DNA of 64,000 nucleotides. It comes from an uncultured Gemmatimonadaceae bacterium. GTDB taxonomy: Bacteria > Gemmatimonadota > Gemmatimonadetes > Gemmatimonadales > Gemmatimonadaceae. A program made the translations under genes and the position numbers. Shown here one piece after another: positions 17,952-27,517 of this stretch; positions within the stretch are counted from its first letter, which is position 1; the number at the start of each line of letters is the position of its first letter. The notes beneath the pieces were generated by a model. It was not told where the DNA came from, did no database searches, and saw only the letters and a list, made by a program, of their open reading frames with translations. The stretch spans positions 1,824,001 to 1,888,000 of the forward strand of contig CAVUDW010000002.1 of assembly GCA_963740355.1 (NCBI GenBank), in the 5' to 3' direction.

Positions 17952-19970
17952 CTACAACACCGCTGCCTGCAGGTCTTCGACTGCCTTCTTCAGCATCTTG
18001 GCCTTCGCATCGTCACACCCGGCGCGCGTGTCGGCTTCCAGCGAGCCGGCCAGCGTGCGGAGCAGCGTCGAGCGTTCTGCACCAGCGGCACGTTCGGCCG
18101 CCGTCAGGCCGGCGCGGATCTGCGCGATGCGCGGAGCTGCCACACAGCCCTTGCGCTCCAGCTGGTCCGTGAACGAGCGGGCCAGCGCATAGCTGGGCGG
18201 CCACTCGAGCTTCGGCTGTCCCTGGGCGTTCAGGTACGAGAACACCACCGTCTTCGCCGCATCGATCTCATTCTGCGAGATGTACTGGCTCGGAATCAGT
18301 TCGGTCAGGTCCATACCGCGTGCAATTTCCGAGCTGATCATGTGACCGTTGTACCAGTACACCGACCACGAACCACCGACCACGACACGCGTCGAGTCGA
18401 CCGGCCCGCGGTCGAACGAGGCGATTTCCTGCGGGTGTGCTGCATCGGTCCAATCGAAGACCGAGATGCCACCTTGGTACCACGACTGCACCATCACGTC
18501 GCGGCCCGGGATCGGGATCAACGAGCCGTTGTGTGCGACGCAGTTCTCGGCTCCCGTCTGCACGGTCGGGATCTTGTAGTAGCTCTGGAACTTCAGCTTC
18601 CGATTTTCGATCGTGAAGATCGCGTTGGCGCCCCATTCCGGCTTGTCGCCGGCGCGGCACTTCGGCGAGGTACCGCCGCCCCATTCGTCGGAGAACAGGA
18701 GCTTGGTGCCATCGTTGTTGAACGTCGCTGAATGCCAGTAGGCGAAGTTCGAGTCGGCAGCGGCATCGAGGCGGTACGGATTGACCGGATCGCTGATGTC
18801 GAGCAGGATGCCATGGCCTTCACATGCACCGCCCGCCAGGCCGAGGGCCGGGTAGACCGTGATGTCGTGGCACTGCGAGCGCTCGGAGACCGCGCCACCC
18901 GGCGCAGCTGCGGTGCCGAAGGCGTTGTTGATGATCGTCTGAATCCCACCACGGAGCGCGGTCGAGTCGGCGGCCGTCGGCGCACCACTGCCGCCACGGG
19001 CCTTCACGATGCTGTCGAGCAGCGGCCGAATCATCTGGTTCGGAACGACCAGCTCGGCGCCCGACTGCGGGTTCTTCGCAATGAATCCACCGGCCGCGCG
19101 TGCAGCGGCGACGACCTTGTTGGTGGCTTCCTTGTCGGCGTCGGACGGGCCATGCCCCGAAATCGAGTTCAGGCCGGCGAAGATGTTCGCCCGGCTCACG
19201 ACGGCGGCCTTGGTCGGATCCGCGAGCGGAACCTTGATGATCTCGATGCGCAGGCGCGACGAGTTCGGGTCGGTGCTGCTCACGTTGCCAGCGCAGCCGG
19301 CCAGTTCGTTCGGCGAGCGGATGCCGGCAGAACCCGAGACGTAGATGTAGATGTTCGCCTTGTCCTTCGGATCCTCGAGCACCGTGTGCGTGTGCGAACC
19401 ACGGCACGTCTGCACGTTGGCGATCAGCTTCGGCGCCTTGATGTCGGTGATGTCGAAGATGCGCACGCCGCGCATGCGCTGGGCGCTGACCGTGTCCTGC
19501 ACACCACCAGGCGAGCAATCCACCTTGCCGTTGTTCGCCTCGACCGACATGAACATCAGGTTCCGGTAAACCGACACGTCATTCTGCGAGGCCGGGCACG
19601 AATACGACGTCACCAGCACCGGCTTGGTCGGGTCCGACATGTCCCAGATGATCGGGCCATTGAAGTTGCCCTGGATTGCGTACTTGCCGGTGAACGTGAT
19701 GTCGGAGTTCCATGCGCCATTGGCGCTGGCCGGCGTCTGCGCAAAGCCGGTCACCTTCATGTTCGACACGGCCTGCTGCGCGTCATACAAACCGCCGCGG
19801 AGACCGACACGCGCATCCTTGGACCAATCGGCCGTGGAGCCGCTCGACGGCTTCGCATTCGGCGATGGCTTGGCTGCAGCGCAGGCGGTCAGGCCGGCGA
19901 TGGCAACGAGTGTCGTGAGCTGACCAACTCGCGTGCGGGCACGGAGTTGGTGCTGACGGGACAGGGACAT
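17952..19970 (-). CDS. LVIVD-repeat exported/lipoprotein
   Basis: Lipobox-like GLTAC; NSDITF, QNDVSV, CRGSHTHT, CHDIT, HSATF, DEWGGG, CVAHN, WYQGG. Confidence 0.85.
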   Translation of the reverse strand: MSLSRQHQLRARTRVGQLTTLVAIAGLTACAAAKPSPNAKPSSGSTADWSKDARVGLRGGLYDAQQAVSNMKVTGFAQTPASANGAWNSDITFTGKYAIQGNFNGPIIWDMSDPTKPVLVTSYSCPASQNDVSVYRNLMFMSVEANNGKVDCSPGGVQDTVSAQRMRGVRIFDITDIKAPKLIANVQTCRGSHTHTVLEDPKDKANIYIYVSGSAGIRSPNELAGCAGNVSSTDPNSSRLRIEIIKVPLADPTKAAVVSRANIFAGLNSISGHGPSDADKEATNKVVAAARAAGGFIAKNPQSGAELVVPNQMIRPLLDSIVKARGGSGAPTAADSTALRGGIQTIINNAFGTAAAPGGAVSERSQCHDITVYPALGLAGGACEGHGILLDISDPVNPYRLDAAADSNFAYWHSATFNNDGTKLLFSDEWGGGTSPKCRAGDKPEWGANAIFTIENRKLKFQSYYKIPTVQTGAENCVAHNGSLIPIPGRDVMVQSWYQGGISVFDWTDAAHPQEIASFDRGPVDSTRVVVGGSWSVYWYNGHMISSEIARGMDLTELIPSQYISQNEIDAAKTVVFSYLNAQGQPKLEWPPSYALARSFTDQLERKGCVAAPRIAQIRAGLTAAERAAGAERSTLLRTLAGSLEADTRAGCDDAKAKMLKKAVEDLQAAVL

Positions 19971-20019
19971 CGGGATACCTCGGGGTTGATGTACGTCGTA
20001 TCTCATGAAACCTCCAACT

Positions 20020-20748
20020 TCAGTCCTGCGGTGGCGCAAATCCCATCTCGAGCAACATCGACAACATCCGCTTGATCTCCGTGGATTGATCCACCTCGAC
20101 ATCGGCGGCGAACTTGAAGACCGTCTCGTCCTGTCCCGCGCCCTGGTTGCTGAACAGTGTGCGCACCATCGACACGGCGCCGCGGTGATGCTGCATCATG
20201 TAGACGAGAAAGAGATGATCGAACTCGGTGCCGCGCGCGGCATCCAGCTCCTTCAGCTGGGCCTCGGTGAGCATGCCGGGCATCGTGCTCATACCGGCCA
20301 TGCCTGCCATCGACGACATGTCATGCCCCGCGTGCGCGCCTGCCGCCGCGGCCGCCGGCTTGGCTGCGGTGACATTGCCAAGCGTGTCCACCTGCATCGG
20401 ATCCTGGTTTCGATCCTGCAGCCAATGCTGCATCATGGTGATCTCATCCGACTGCGCATTGATGATGCGCGAGGTGAGGCGCAGCACCGCCGGTGACGCA
20501 CCATGGGTCGGCGCCCAGCGCGAGATGTAGATCGCCTGCGCGTGATGATGGATCATCCCGCTCATGAAGTCGATGTCAGCCTGTGTGTACGGCAGGCGCG
20601 CCGAGTCGGCCTTGGCGCGGGCCGTGGCACCAGCCTGTCCCATCACGAAGCCACTGGACGCATTCGATTGGGCGGCGCAGGCGGCGAGGAGCGCAACAGC
20701 GCCCGAAACGAGCAGGGAAGCACGCACGGAAATTCGAAAGTCGGTCAT
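20020..20748 (-). CDS. DUF305 domain lipoprotein (ferritin-like four-helix, His/Met-rich)
   Basis: Lipobox LAAC; duplicated MIHHHAQA / MMQHHRGA and Q..EI..M motifs. Confidence 0.9.
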   Translation of the reverse strand: MTDFRISVRASLLVSGAVALLAACAAQSNASSGFVMGQAGATARAKADSARLPYTQADIDFMSGMIHHHAQAIYISRWAPTHGASPAVLRLTSRIINAQSDEITMMQHWLQDRNQDPMQVDTLGNVTAAKPAAAAAGAHAGHDMSSMAGMAGMSTMPGMLTEAQLKELDAARGTEFDHLFLVYMMQHHRGAVSMVRTLFSNQGAGQDETVFKFAADVEVDQSTEIKRMLSMLLEMGFAPPQD

Positions 20749-21118
20749 GCGTTCGATACGCGGCAAAGAGGGAAGCATCGGGCGCCATGATGACGGTCCA
20801 TCAGACGGCCAGACATGCAAGATACCGTACGCACAGCACTGGAATCGCGCTGACGAGCTCGGCAGCAGGCTTCAAGGGGCAATCAGACCTGCGCGCCCGT
20901 GGATCGCCGGGCTCCGCGACGATATCCGAGCAGACTGGAATTGACATGACGGCGAAAATGCGCTCTCAGATTCACCGCGGTCCTTCACCGCGGTTCCGGA
21001 CCCGCACCGTCTGAGACACCCTCCATGGCCCCTTCGGTTGCAGGCTGCAGCCAATGGCGCGGTGGTGCGCCGGTAGCGACCTTCGGGCTTCCTTCCCCCC
21101 GACGTCAGGTTTCGATCC

Positions 21119-22039
21119 ATGCGATTGCCCTCACTGCTGCTCATCGTCCTCGCCATAACGGCCCCGCGCGCCGTGATTGGCCAGCCAGCGCAGCGTGCCG
21201 ACAGGCGCACCGCCGTGACTGCCGCCGCCGATTCCCTGGTCGTGAGTACCGACTGGGTTGCTGCTCATCTTGCCGATCCGGCGGTGGTGGTGGTGGAGGT
21301 GGTCAATGAGCCGGGATCACGCGGGCCGCACATCCCTGGGTCGCGGGCCCTCTTCTACCGGCTGATGACCGTGAGCCGGGACGGCCTGAGCACAGAATTG
21401 CCCCCGGCTGATTCGCTCAAGGCATTGTTCGAGGGCCTCGGCATCTCGAGCAACACGCGCGTTGTCGTCTACGCGCACGAAGCACCGATGGCAACGCGAA
21501 TGCTGATGACGCTCGACTACCTCGGTCACAAGCGATTCTCGTACCTCGACGGCGGCCTGCCGAAGTGGATGGCTGAGAAACACCCGCTCACCGGAGAGGA
21601 AATCGTGGCGACGAGGGGTTCGATGGCGATCGCGCCGCGCACCGACCTGATCGCCACGGCTGATTGGCTGGCACCGCGCGTCGGCAAGCCAGGATTGTCA
21701 CTCATCGATACCCGGACCACCGGTGAATACAATGGCACCGGTAATCGCAGCGGGATGCCGAGTGCCGGCCACCTCGATGGTGCTCGTCAGCTCGAGTGGG
21801 AAAACCTGTTCACGGAAGGCAATGGGTTGCTGCTCAAGGATCGCGCTGAATTGCAGAAGCTGTTCGCTGATCGCATCAGCGGTGACGCGACCGTGGTCAC
21901 ATATTGCTGGGTGGGCTATCGCGCCAGCGCGACCTTTTTCGCGGCGCGGTTACTCGGCCTGAACGCAAAGTTCTACGACGGGTCGTACCAGGACTGGCAG
22001 GTGCGCAAGCTGCCTACGAAGGCGGGCGGCACGCCGTAA
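21119..22039 (+). CDS. Exported tandem-rhodanese sulfurtransferase (SseA/TST-like)
   Basis: HIPGS, LDGGLPKW, active-site loop CWVGYRAS, YDGSYQDW; signal peptide. Confidence 0.9.
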   Translation: MRLPSLLLIVLAITAPRAVIGQPAQRADRRTAVTAAADSLVVSTDWVAAHLADPAVVVVEVVNEPGSRGPHIPGSRALFYRLMTVSRDGLSTELPPADSLKALFEGLGISSNTRVVVYAHEAPMATRMLMTLDYLGHKRFSYLDGGLPKWMAEKHPLTGEEIVATRGSMAIAPRTDLIATADWLAPRVGKPGLSLIDTRTTGEYNGTGNRSGMPSAGHLDGARQLEWENLFTEGNGLLLKDRAELQKLFADRISGDATVVTYCWVGYRASATFFAARLLGLNAKFYDGSYQDWQVRKLPTKAGGTP

Positions 22040-22119
22040 CGAGCGGGCCGACGACGCCGGAAGCGCGGGCGACAAGTGCGCAGGCTTCAGGCGTGACGCC
22101 CCGCGTGCAAATTGGTGGC

Positions 22120-22986
22120 ATGACTGCCTTCTCCTTTGCGGGATCCGCCAGCTCCCTTCGCCGCGCGCTCGTCGTCGCCGCGCTTTTCCTCTCCCCGGCG
22201 CGCCTGCTCGCGCAGCCTGCGCCGGCGTGGGAGGTGTTTGCCATTCGATACGGCGCCTTGCCGGCGTTCCGCGTCTCCGGGCTGATCGCTGGCGCCGACA
22301 CGTCACGACGACTGGACGCGACCTTGGCAGTCTGGCTGCTGAAGGGCCCGAACGGGCGCAATGTCCTCGTCGATGCAGGGTTCCAGCGCGCCGAGCTGAT
22401 CGCCCGATGGAAGCCGATCGACTATCAACGCCCCGACTCCGCCGTCGCTCGCGCGGGTGTCGCAGCCAGCGCCGTCACCGATATCATCGTCTCGCACATT
22501 CACTGGGATCACTTCGACGGCGCGGACCTCTTTCCGAACGCGCGCATCTGGATTCAGCGCGAGGAAGTGGAACATCACATCGATTCAGTTGGCACGGTGC
22601 TCGATCGCGCCATCAATGCGCCCGATGCGCTGATGCTCGCCCAGCTGCGGAAGGCGGGACGTGTACAACTGGTCGATGGGGATGCGCGTGAGATCATCCT
22701 TGGCATCACGGTCTACACCGGCGGCAAGCACACCTTCCAGTCGCAGTACGCCGGCGTCAAGACGGCCGACGGCACCGTCGTGATCGCCTCCGACAACATG
22801 TACCTCTACGAAAATCTCGAGAAACACCTGCCCATCGCACAGACGCTCGATGCCGCGTCCAATCTTGCGGCGCAGCAGCGGATGACGACCATCGCGCCGA
22901 GCCCGCGCCTGATTGTGCCAGGCCATGATCCTGCCGTCTTCACGAAATTCTCGAGTGTTGCGCCGGGCGTGGTGCGAATCCGGTAG
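22120..22986 (+). CDS. Exported metallo-beta-lactamase-fold hydrolase (AHL-lactonase-like)
   Basis: SHIHWDH, GKHT, ASDN, PGHD metal ligands; signal peptide. Confidence 0.85.
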   Translation: MTAFSFAGSASSLRRALVVAALFLSPARLLAQPAPAWEVFAIRYGALPAFRVSGLIAGADTSRRLDATLAVWLLKGPNGRNVLVDAGFQRAELIARWKPIDYQRPDSAVARAGVAASAVTDIIVSHIHWDHFDGADLFPNARIWIQREEVEHHIDSVGTVLDRAINAPDALMLAQLRKAGRVQLVDGDAREIILGITVYTGGKHTFQSQYAGVKTADGTVVIASDNMYLYENLEKHLPIAQTLDAASNLAAQQRMTTIAPSPRLIVPGHDPAVFTKFSSVAPGVVRIR

Positions 22987-23106
22987 CCTGTCGGGACGGG
23001 TCGAGACGCAGCGCTGCCACGGCCGAGCATGGAGGCCTGCTGGAATGGACCGCAGTGCGGCCTGCTCGCAGATGACGGGCGTAGCCGGAATCGCTATCCT
23101 TCCTGC

Positions 23107-24630
23107 ATGGCGACCATCAAAGAATCCGACTTCATCCAGTCCATCGCGGACGCGCTCCAGCACATCTCGTACTTCCATCCGCTGGACTACATCCATGCGC
23201 TGGCGGACGCCTACGAGAAGGAGCAGAGTCCCGCGGCCAAGGATGCGATCGCGCAGATCCTGACCAACTCGCGCATGTGTGCCGAGGGGCATCGACCGAT
23301 CTGCCAGGACACGGGCATCGTGGTGGTGTTCCTGAAGGTCGGCATGAACGTGCGATGGGACGCGACGATGTCGGTGCAGGAGATGGTGAACGAAGGTGTG
23401 CGCCGCGCATACATGCTGCCGGAAAACGTCCTGCGTGCATCGATCGTGGCCGACCCGGCGTTCTCGCGCAAGAACACCCGCGACAACACGCCAGCCGTCG
23501 TGCACTATGAAATCGTCCCGGGCGACACGGTCGAAGTGAAGCTGGCCGCAAAGGGTGGCGGTTCCGAGAACAAGTCGAAGTTCGCGATGCTCAATCCGAA
23601 TGACTCGATCGTCGATTGGGTGATGAAGACGGTGCCGCTGATGGGTGCCGGATGGTGCCCACCGGGCATGCTCGGCATCGGCATCGGCGGGACCGCCGAG
23701 AAGGCGATGTTGATGGCGAAGGAATCGCTGATGGAACACATCGACATGGCGCAGCTCAAGCAGCGCGGGCCACAGAACAAGATCGAGGAGCTGCGCATCG
23801 AGCTCTGTGACAAGGTGAATGCCCTCGGTATTGGCGCACAGGGGCTGGGTGGGTTGTCGACGGTGCTGGACGTGAAGATCTTCGACTTCCCGACGCATGC
23901 TGCCTCGAAGCCGATCGCGATGATCCCGAACTGCGCGGCCACCCGTCACGCCCACTTCACGCTCGATGGCAGCGGCGTTGCCTCCTTGCCGATCCCGAAG
24001 CTCTCGGATTGGCCGCAGGTGACGTGGAAGCCGGACGTGAATGCGAAGCGCGTCGACCTGAACACGCTGACGCCGGAAATCGTCGGTAGCTGGAAGGCAG
24101 GCGACCGCCTGTTACTGCACGGCAAGCTGCTCACCGGACGAGATGCGGCGCACAAGCGCATCGCAGATCTGTACGCGAGCGGAGAAGGGCTGCCCGACGG
24201 CGTCGATTTCACCAATCGTGTGATCTACTACGTCGGGCCGGTCGATCCGGTGCGCGATGAAGCGGTGGGCCCGGCGGGACCGACGACGGCGACACGCATG
24301 GACAAGTTCACCGAGATGATGCTGGAGAAGACCGGCCTGATCGCGATGATCGGCAAGGCCGAACGTGGCCCGGCGGGGATCGAGGCGATCCGCAAGCACA
24401 AGGCGGCCTACCTGATGGCCGTCGGCGGCGCGGCCTACCTCGTCTCGAAGGCAATCCGCTCGTCACGCGTTATCGCATTCGCAGACCTCGGCATGGAAGC
24501 GATCTACGAATTCGACGTCGAAGACATGCCGGTCACCGTGGCGGTCGATGCCGAGGGGAGCAACGTGCACGAGACGGGTCCTCGTGAATGGGCCGAAAAG
24601 ATCCGGCAGTTGCCAGTGCTCGCCGGCTGA
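23107..24630 (+). CDS. fumA: Class I (Fe-S) fumarate hydratase
   Basis: RPICQDTG, KGGGSEN, GWCPP, NCAATRH, GPTTATRMD. Confidence 0.95.
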   Translation: MATIKESDFIQSIADALQHISYFHPLDYIHALADAYEKEQSPAAKDAIAQILTNSRMCAEGHRPICQDTGIVVVFLKVGMNVRWDATMSVQEMVNEGVRRAYMLPENVLRASIVADPAFSRKNTRDNTPAVVHYEIVPGDTVEVKLAAKGGGSENKSKFAMLNPNDSIVDWVMKTVPLMGAGWCPPGMLGIGIGGTAEKAMLMAKESLMEHIDMAQLKQRGPQNKIEELRIELCDKVNALGIGAQGLGGLSTVLDVKIFDFPTHAASKPIAMIPNCAATRHAHFTLDGSGVASLPIPKLSDWPQVTWKPDVNAKRVDLNTLTPEIVGSWKAGDRLLLHGKLLTGRDAAHKRIADLYASGEGLPDGVDFTNRVIYYVGPVDPVRDEAVGPAGPTTATRMDKFTEMMLEKTGLIAMIGKAERGPAGIEAIRKHKAAYLMAVGGAAYLVSKAIRSSRVIAFADLGMEAIYEFDVEDMPVTVAVDAEGSNVHETGPREWAEKIRQLPVLAG

Positions 24631-24834
24631 GTGAGCTGACGTACTCAGCCATGCAGTGCAGGCACCCCGACCGATAGATCCATCGGTCGGGCGCGGTCGT
24701 AGGTGAGGTGAAGGCCATGCACTTCACCATTTGTCCAGGCACGTTCCCGAGACTTCGCGACCCGCCGCTGATTGCGGCGTGCAAGGTATCGGCGGCTGCT
24801 GGGCATCCCTGCGTTCCGCTGACCGAGCCGCGCC

Positions 24835-25854
24835 ATGCACGCTTCTCCGCTCGCCAAGTGTCCGTCGTGCGGCAGGTCCGTCGCCCGCGCGCAGGTGTGT
24901 GATCATTGCGCGGCGATCGAGGAGGAGTGGGCGCGACGCCCACTCCGGCCGATCATCCTGCCTGATGGCCCCGGACTCAGCGCTCGCGATACGCTGCCGA
25001 CACGACGGGACGGGCGCTGGCTGATGTTGTTTGGGCTCGGCGCCGTGATGGCCGCGGTGTTCTTCGTGTATCACCTGATCCCATCGCAGGAACCTTCGAC
25101 GGTGGCGGTGTCGCCTCCGCAAGCGGCCGTGAATACATCGACGCCGATCATCGAGATCCCGCGTGCCGTGGCGGCCACGATCGGCGACGCCGGGATCGCT
25201 CCGGAACTGCGCGCGGACAGCTCCGCTGCGTTCAGTGGTGCACGACCGGAAACTGATCTCCGTCCAAGCGCGGCGCGTACGCCCGATTTGGCGGTGAACA
25301 CGACCGCTGCGCAGCGGACCGCAGTTGCGGCTCGTGTGAATGGTGCGCCGGATGTCGTCGAAGCGGGCGACACATTGGCCGCGCCTGCGCCACCACCTCC
25401 TACGATCGAGCCGGCAGCGGTCGCAGCGCCGCGAGTCGTCAGGGGCGCAGCTGCGACTTTCACGACGAGTGTCGTGACGGGTGTCGTGACGGGTGTCGTT
25501 GTGAAGGCCGTCCCGGATGTCACGCCGCCAGCCACAACTCTCATCGAAGAAAGTGACGTGCGCAGCGCTGTGGCGCATTTCGTGGCCGGTATCCGAGCTC
25601 GTAGCGCTACCAACTTCGACCTGCTCGGATTTTACGGCGATGGTGCAGAGCATCGGGTGTCGCTGCGCGCCGCACCGCCTGCGATCGACGCAGCGTCTGC
25701 CACGACGCGTGTGGCATTCGAGCTGTCGCTCTCGAAGCGTGACGCCGTGGGACGCCGGTTCTCGCGGGTACTTCCGGTCACGATGACGATCACGAAGCGT
25801 GCAGGTGCCGTGGAGCTATCGGCTGTGGCCTTCGGTGCGCTGCGGAAGCCATGA
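24835..25854 (+). CDS. Hypothetical single-pass membrane protein with N-terminal CxxC...CxxC
   Basis: CPSC/CDHC, one TM helix, Ala/Pro-rich linker, folded-looking C-terminus. Confidence 0.6.
   Translation: MHASPLAKCPSCGRSVARAQVCDHCAAIEEEWARRPLRPIILPDGPGLSARDTLPTRRDGRWLMLFGLGAVMAAVFFVYHLIPSQEPSTVAVSPPQAAVNTSTPIIEIPRAVAATIGDAGIAPELRADSSAAFSGARPETDLRPSAARTPDLAVNTTAAQRTAVAARVNGAPDVVEAGDTLAAPAPPPPTIEPAAVAAPRVVRGAAATFTTSVVTGVVTGVVVKAVPDVTPPATTLIEESDVRSAVAHFVAGIRARSATNFDLLGFYGDGAEHRVSLRAAPPAIDAASATTRVAFELSLSKRDAVGRRFSRVLPVTMTITKRAGAVELSAVAFGALRKP
25469..25499 (+). repeat. In-frame 12-bp tandem duplication (GTGTCGTGACGG x2.6)
   Basis: Copies at 25469, 25481 and partial 25493; encodes VVTG repeats. 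Confidence 0.8.
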
Positions 25855-25905
25855 GCCATGGATTGTTCCTCACTCGATTCAATCTCTCGCCGGAGTTCGA
25901 TCAAC

Positions 25906-26514
25906 ATGCCGCAGCCCCGCTGTAAAAGGAGGTCGGCGCACCGCCTCGGTCTCGGAACCTGTGTCGCGTCGGCTCTCGCGATGCTGGTGGCTCGCCAAGG
26001 GTACGCGCAATCCGCACAACCGTATTCGTTGCAGGTGGCGGCACTGGCAACAACCCTCAGCCCAGCGGGCAGCCGGCTGACTGGCTTCGGGATCGAGCCA
26101 CAACTCCGGTTCAATCGCGTCTATTCGACGGAAAACCGCGGCGCGATTTCCGTCGGCGTTGGTGCGCAGTATTCGTTGCACTCTGGCGCGAACCAGCGCC
26201 ATCAACTGGTCGGCGTCTTCGTCGAGCCGCGTTGGGCGTTGCCGTTCAGCGCAGGCTGCGCGTATCCGTATTTGTCTGCCAGGGCAAGCGCGCTGCGCGT
26301 GCTGGCCGACTTCGAAGCTGGCGGCAGTGGTGCCTCGAACGGCTACGCGGTAGGGGCTGGACCTGGCGTCATGTTTCGCATGACACCATCGGCCAACCTC
26401 GACGTCGGCGTGCAATACCTGCGACAGGAGCTTGGCGCGATTCGCACCGTTCCGTTCAGTCCCACATCGTCGTTCGCTGCGCGCGTCGGCGTCACACTCG
26501 GCCTGCCGCGCTGA
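25906..26514 (+). CDS. Outer-membrane beta-barrel (OmpA/OmpW-like) protein
   Basis: Signal peptide ending GYA-Q; alternating amphipathic strands (FVEPRW, PYLSARA, NLDVGVQY). Confidence 0.65.
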   Translation: MPQPRCKRRSAHRLGLGTCVASALAMLVARQGYAQSAQPYSLQVAALATTLSPAGSRLTGFGIEPQLRFNRVYSTENRGAISVGVGAQYSLHSGANQRHQLVGVFVEPRWALPFSAGCAYPYLSARASALRVLADFEAGGSGASNGYAVGAGPGVMFRMTPSANLDVGVQYLRQELGAIRTVPFSPTSSFAARVGVTLGLPR

Positions 26515-26571
26515 GCACTCGAATCACGCGCGGACGACAGGAGTCGACGCCGCGCGTGCCCAGGAGATGTT

Positions 26572-27504
26572 TCAGGCCGTGATCGTGAGGACTTGCGTGA
26601 TGTCCTCGCCTGGAAACGTCGTCGCCAGCAGCCGTTGCAGCTGGGCACTGGTGGCGGCATCGATCGTGGCACCGGGGTGCCGCACACGATTGCTCGCAAT
26701 GACGCCACGAAGGCGCAAAATCTCCTTGCGAATCGCCAACCCCGGCTGCTGCTCGAACACCAGCAACGGCAGGAAGCGGGTGAAGATGGCCGACGCTGCC
26801 GCGCTGTTGCCGGCGTTGTGCTCGCGCAGGATCGCCATCAACACCTCGGGAAAGGCGAAGCCAGTATTGAAGCCTTCCGAGCCGCGCTCGAGGTCGAACA
26901 GCCCGTAGAGCGCACCGAGCCCGGTGAGCACGGGAACCTTGCGGCCATTCGCCATGCCGGCGACGAGCGCCGCAATGCGTTGCGGGCTCGGAAGGGCCTC
27001 GCCCTTGATCCCTTCGATACGCGGAATATCACGCACCATGCGCAGGATCAGGTCAACCGACATGTGGACCTGACTGATCGCCGGATGATCCTGGAGGATG
27101 ATTGGCAGGGTAATGGCGGCTGCGACACGGTCGAAGTAGTCGAACACCGACTTGTCGCTCGGTGTGGGCTGCGCCGACGCCGTGATCATGACGGCCTGTG
27201 CGCCGAGGTCTGCGGCCTGGCGACTGAGCGCGATCGTGGCGAGAGTGCCGGTGTGGCTGGTACCAACGATCACCGGCATGCCCGCCGCGGCCTCGATGCC
27301 TGCGGCAACGATGCGGGAGCGGTCGTCGTCGGTGAGCCGGTTCGATTCGCCAAGGAGGCCAAGCAGCGTCACCCCGTCCACGCCAGCCGCCTTGTTGAAC
27401 TGAATCATGCGACGCAGCGAGTCGAGATCCAGCGACTCGTCATCGTGAAACGGCGTCGCCAGGATCGGAAAGACGCCGGTGAAACGGAAGGCCGATGTGG
27501 TCAT
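26572..27504 (-). CDS. DapA/NAL-family class I aldolase-like lyase
   Basis: GVFPILATPF, LGLLGES, Schiff-base Lys in GIKGEA. Confidence 0.88.
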   Translation of the reverse strand: MTTSAFRFTGVFPILATPFHDDESLDLDSLRRMIQFNKAAGVDGVTLLGLLGESNRLTDDDRSRIVAAGIEAAAGMPVIVGTSHTGTLATIALSRQAADLGAQAVMITASAQPTPSDKSVFDYFDRVAAAITLPIILQDHPAISQVHMSVDLILRMVRDIPRIEGIKGEALPSPQRIAALVAGMANGRKVPVLTGLGALYGLFDLERGSEGFNTGFAFPEVLMAILREHNAGNSAAASAIFTRFLPLLVFEQQPGLAIRKEILRLRGVIASNRVRHPGATIDAATSAQLQRLLATTFPGEDITQVLTITA

Positions 27505-27517
27505 GAGGTGTGCCGAC

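Noticed and set aside
24625..24730. Run of three hairpins after fumarase as an ncRNA
   Set aside because: Short GC-rich stems with no recognisable family; could be terminator or chance structure.
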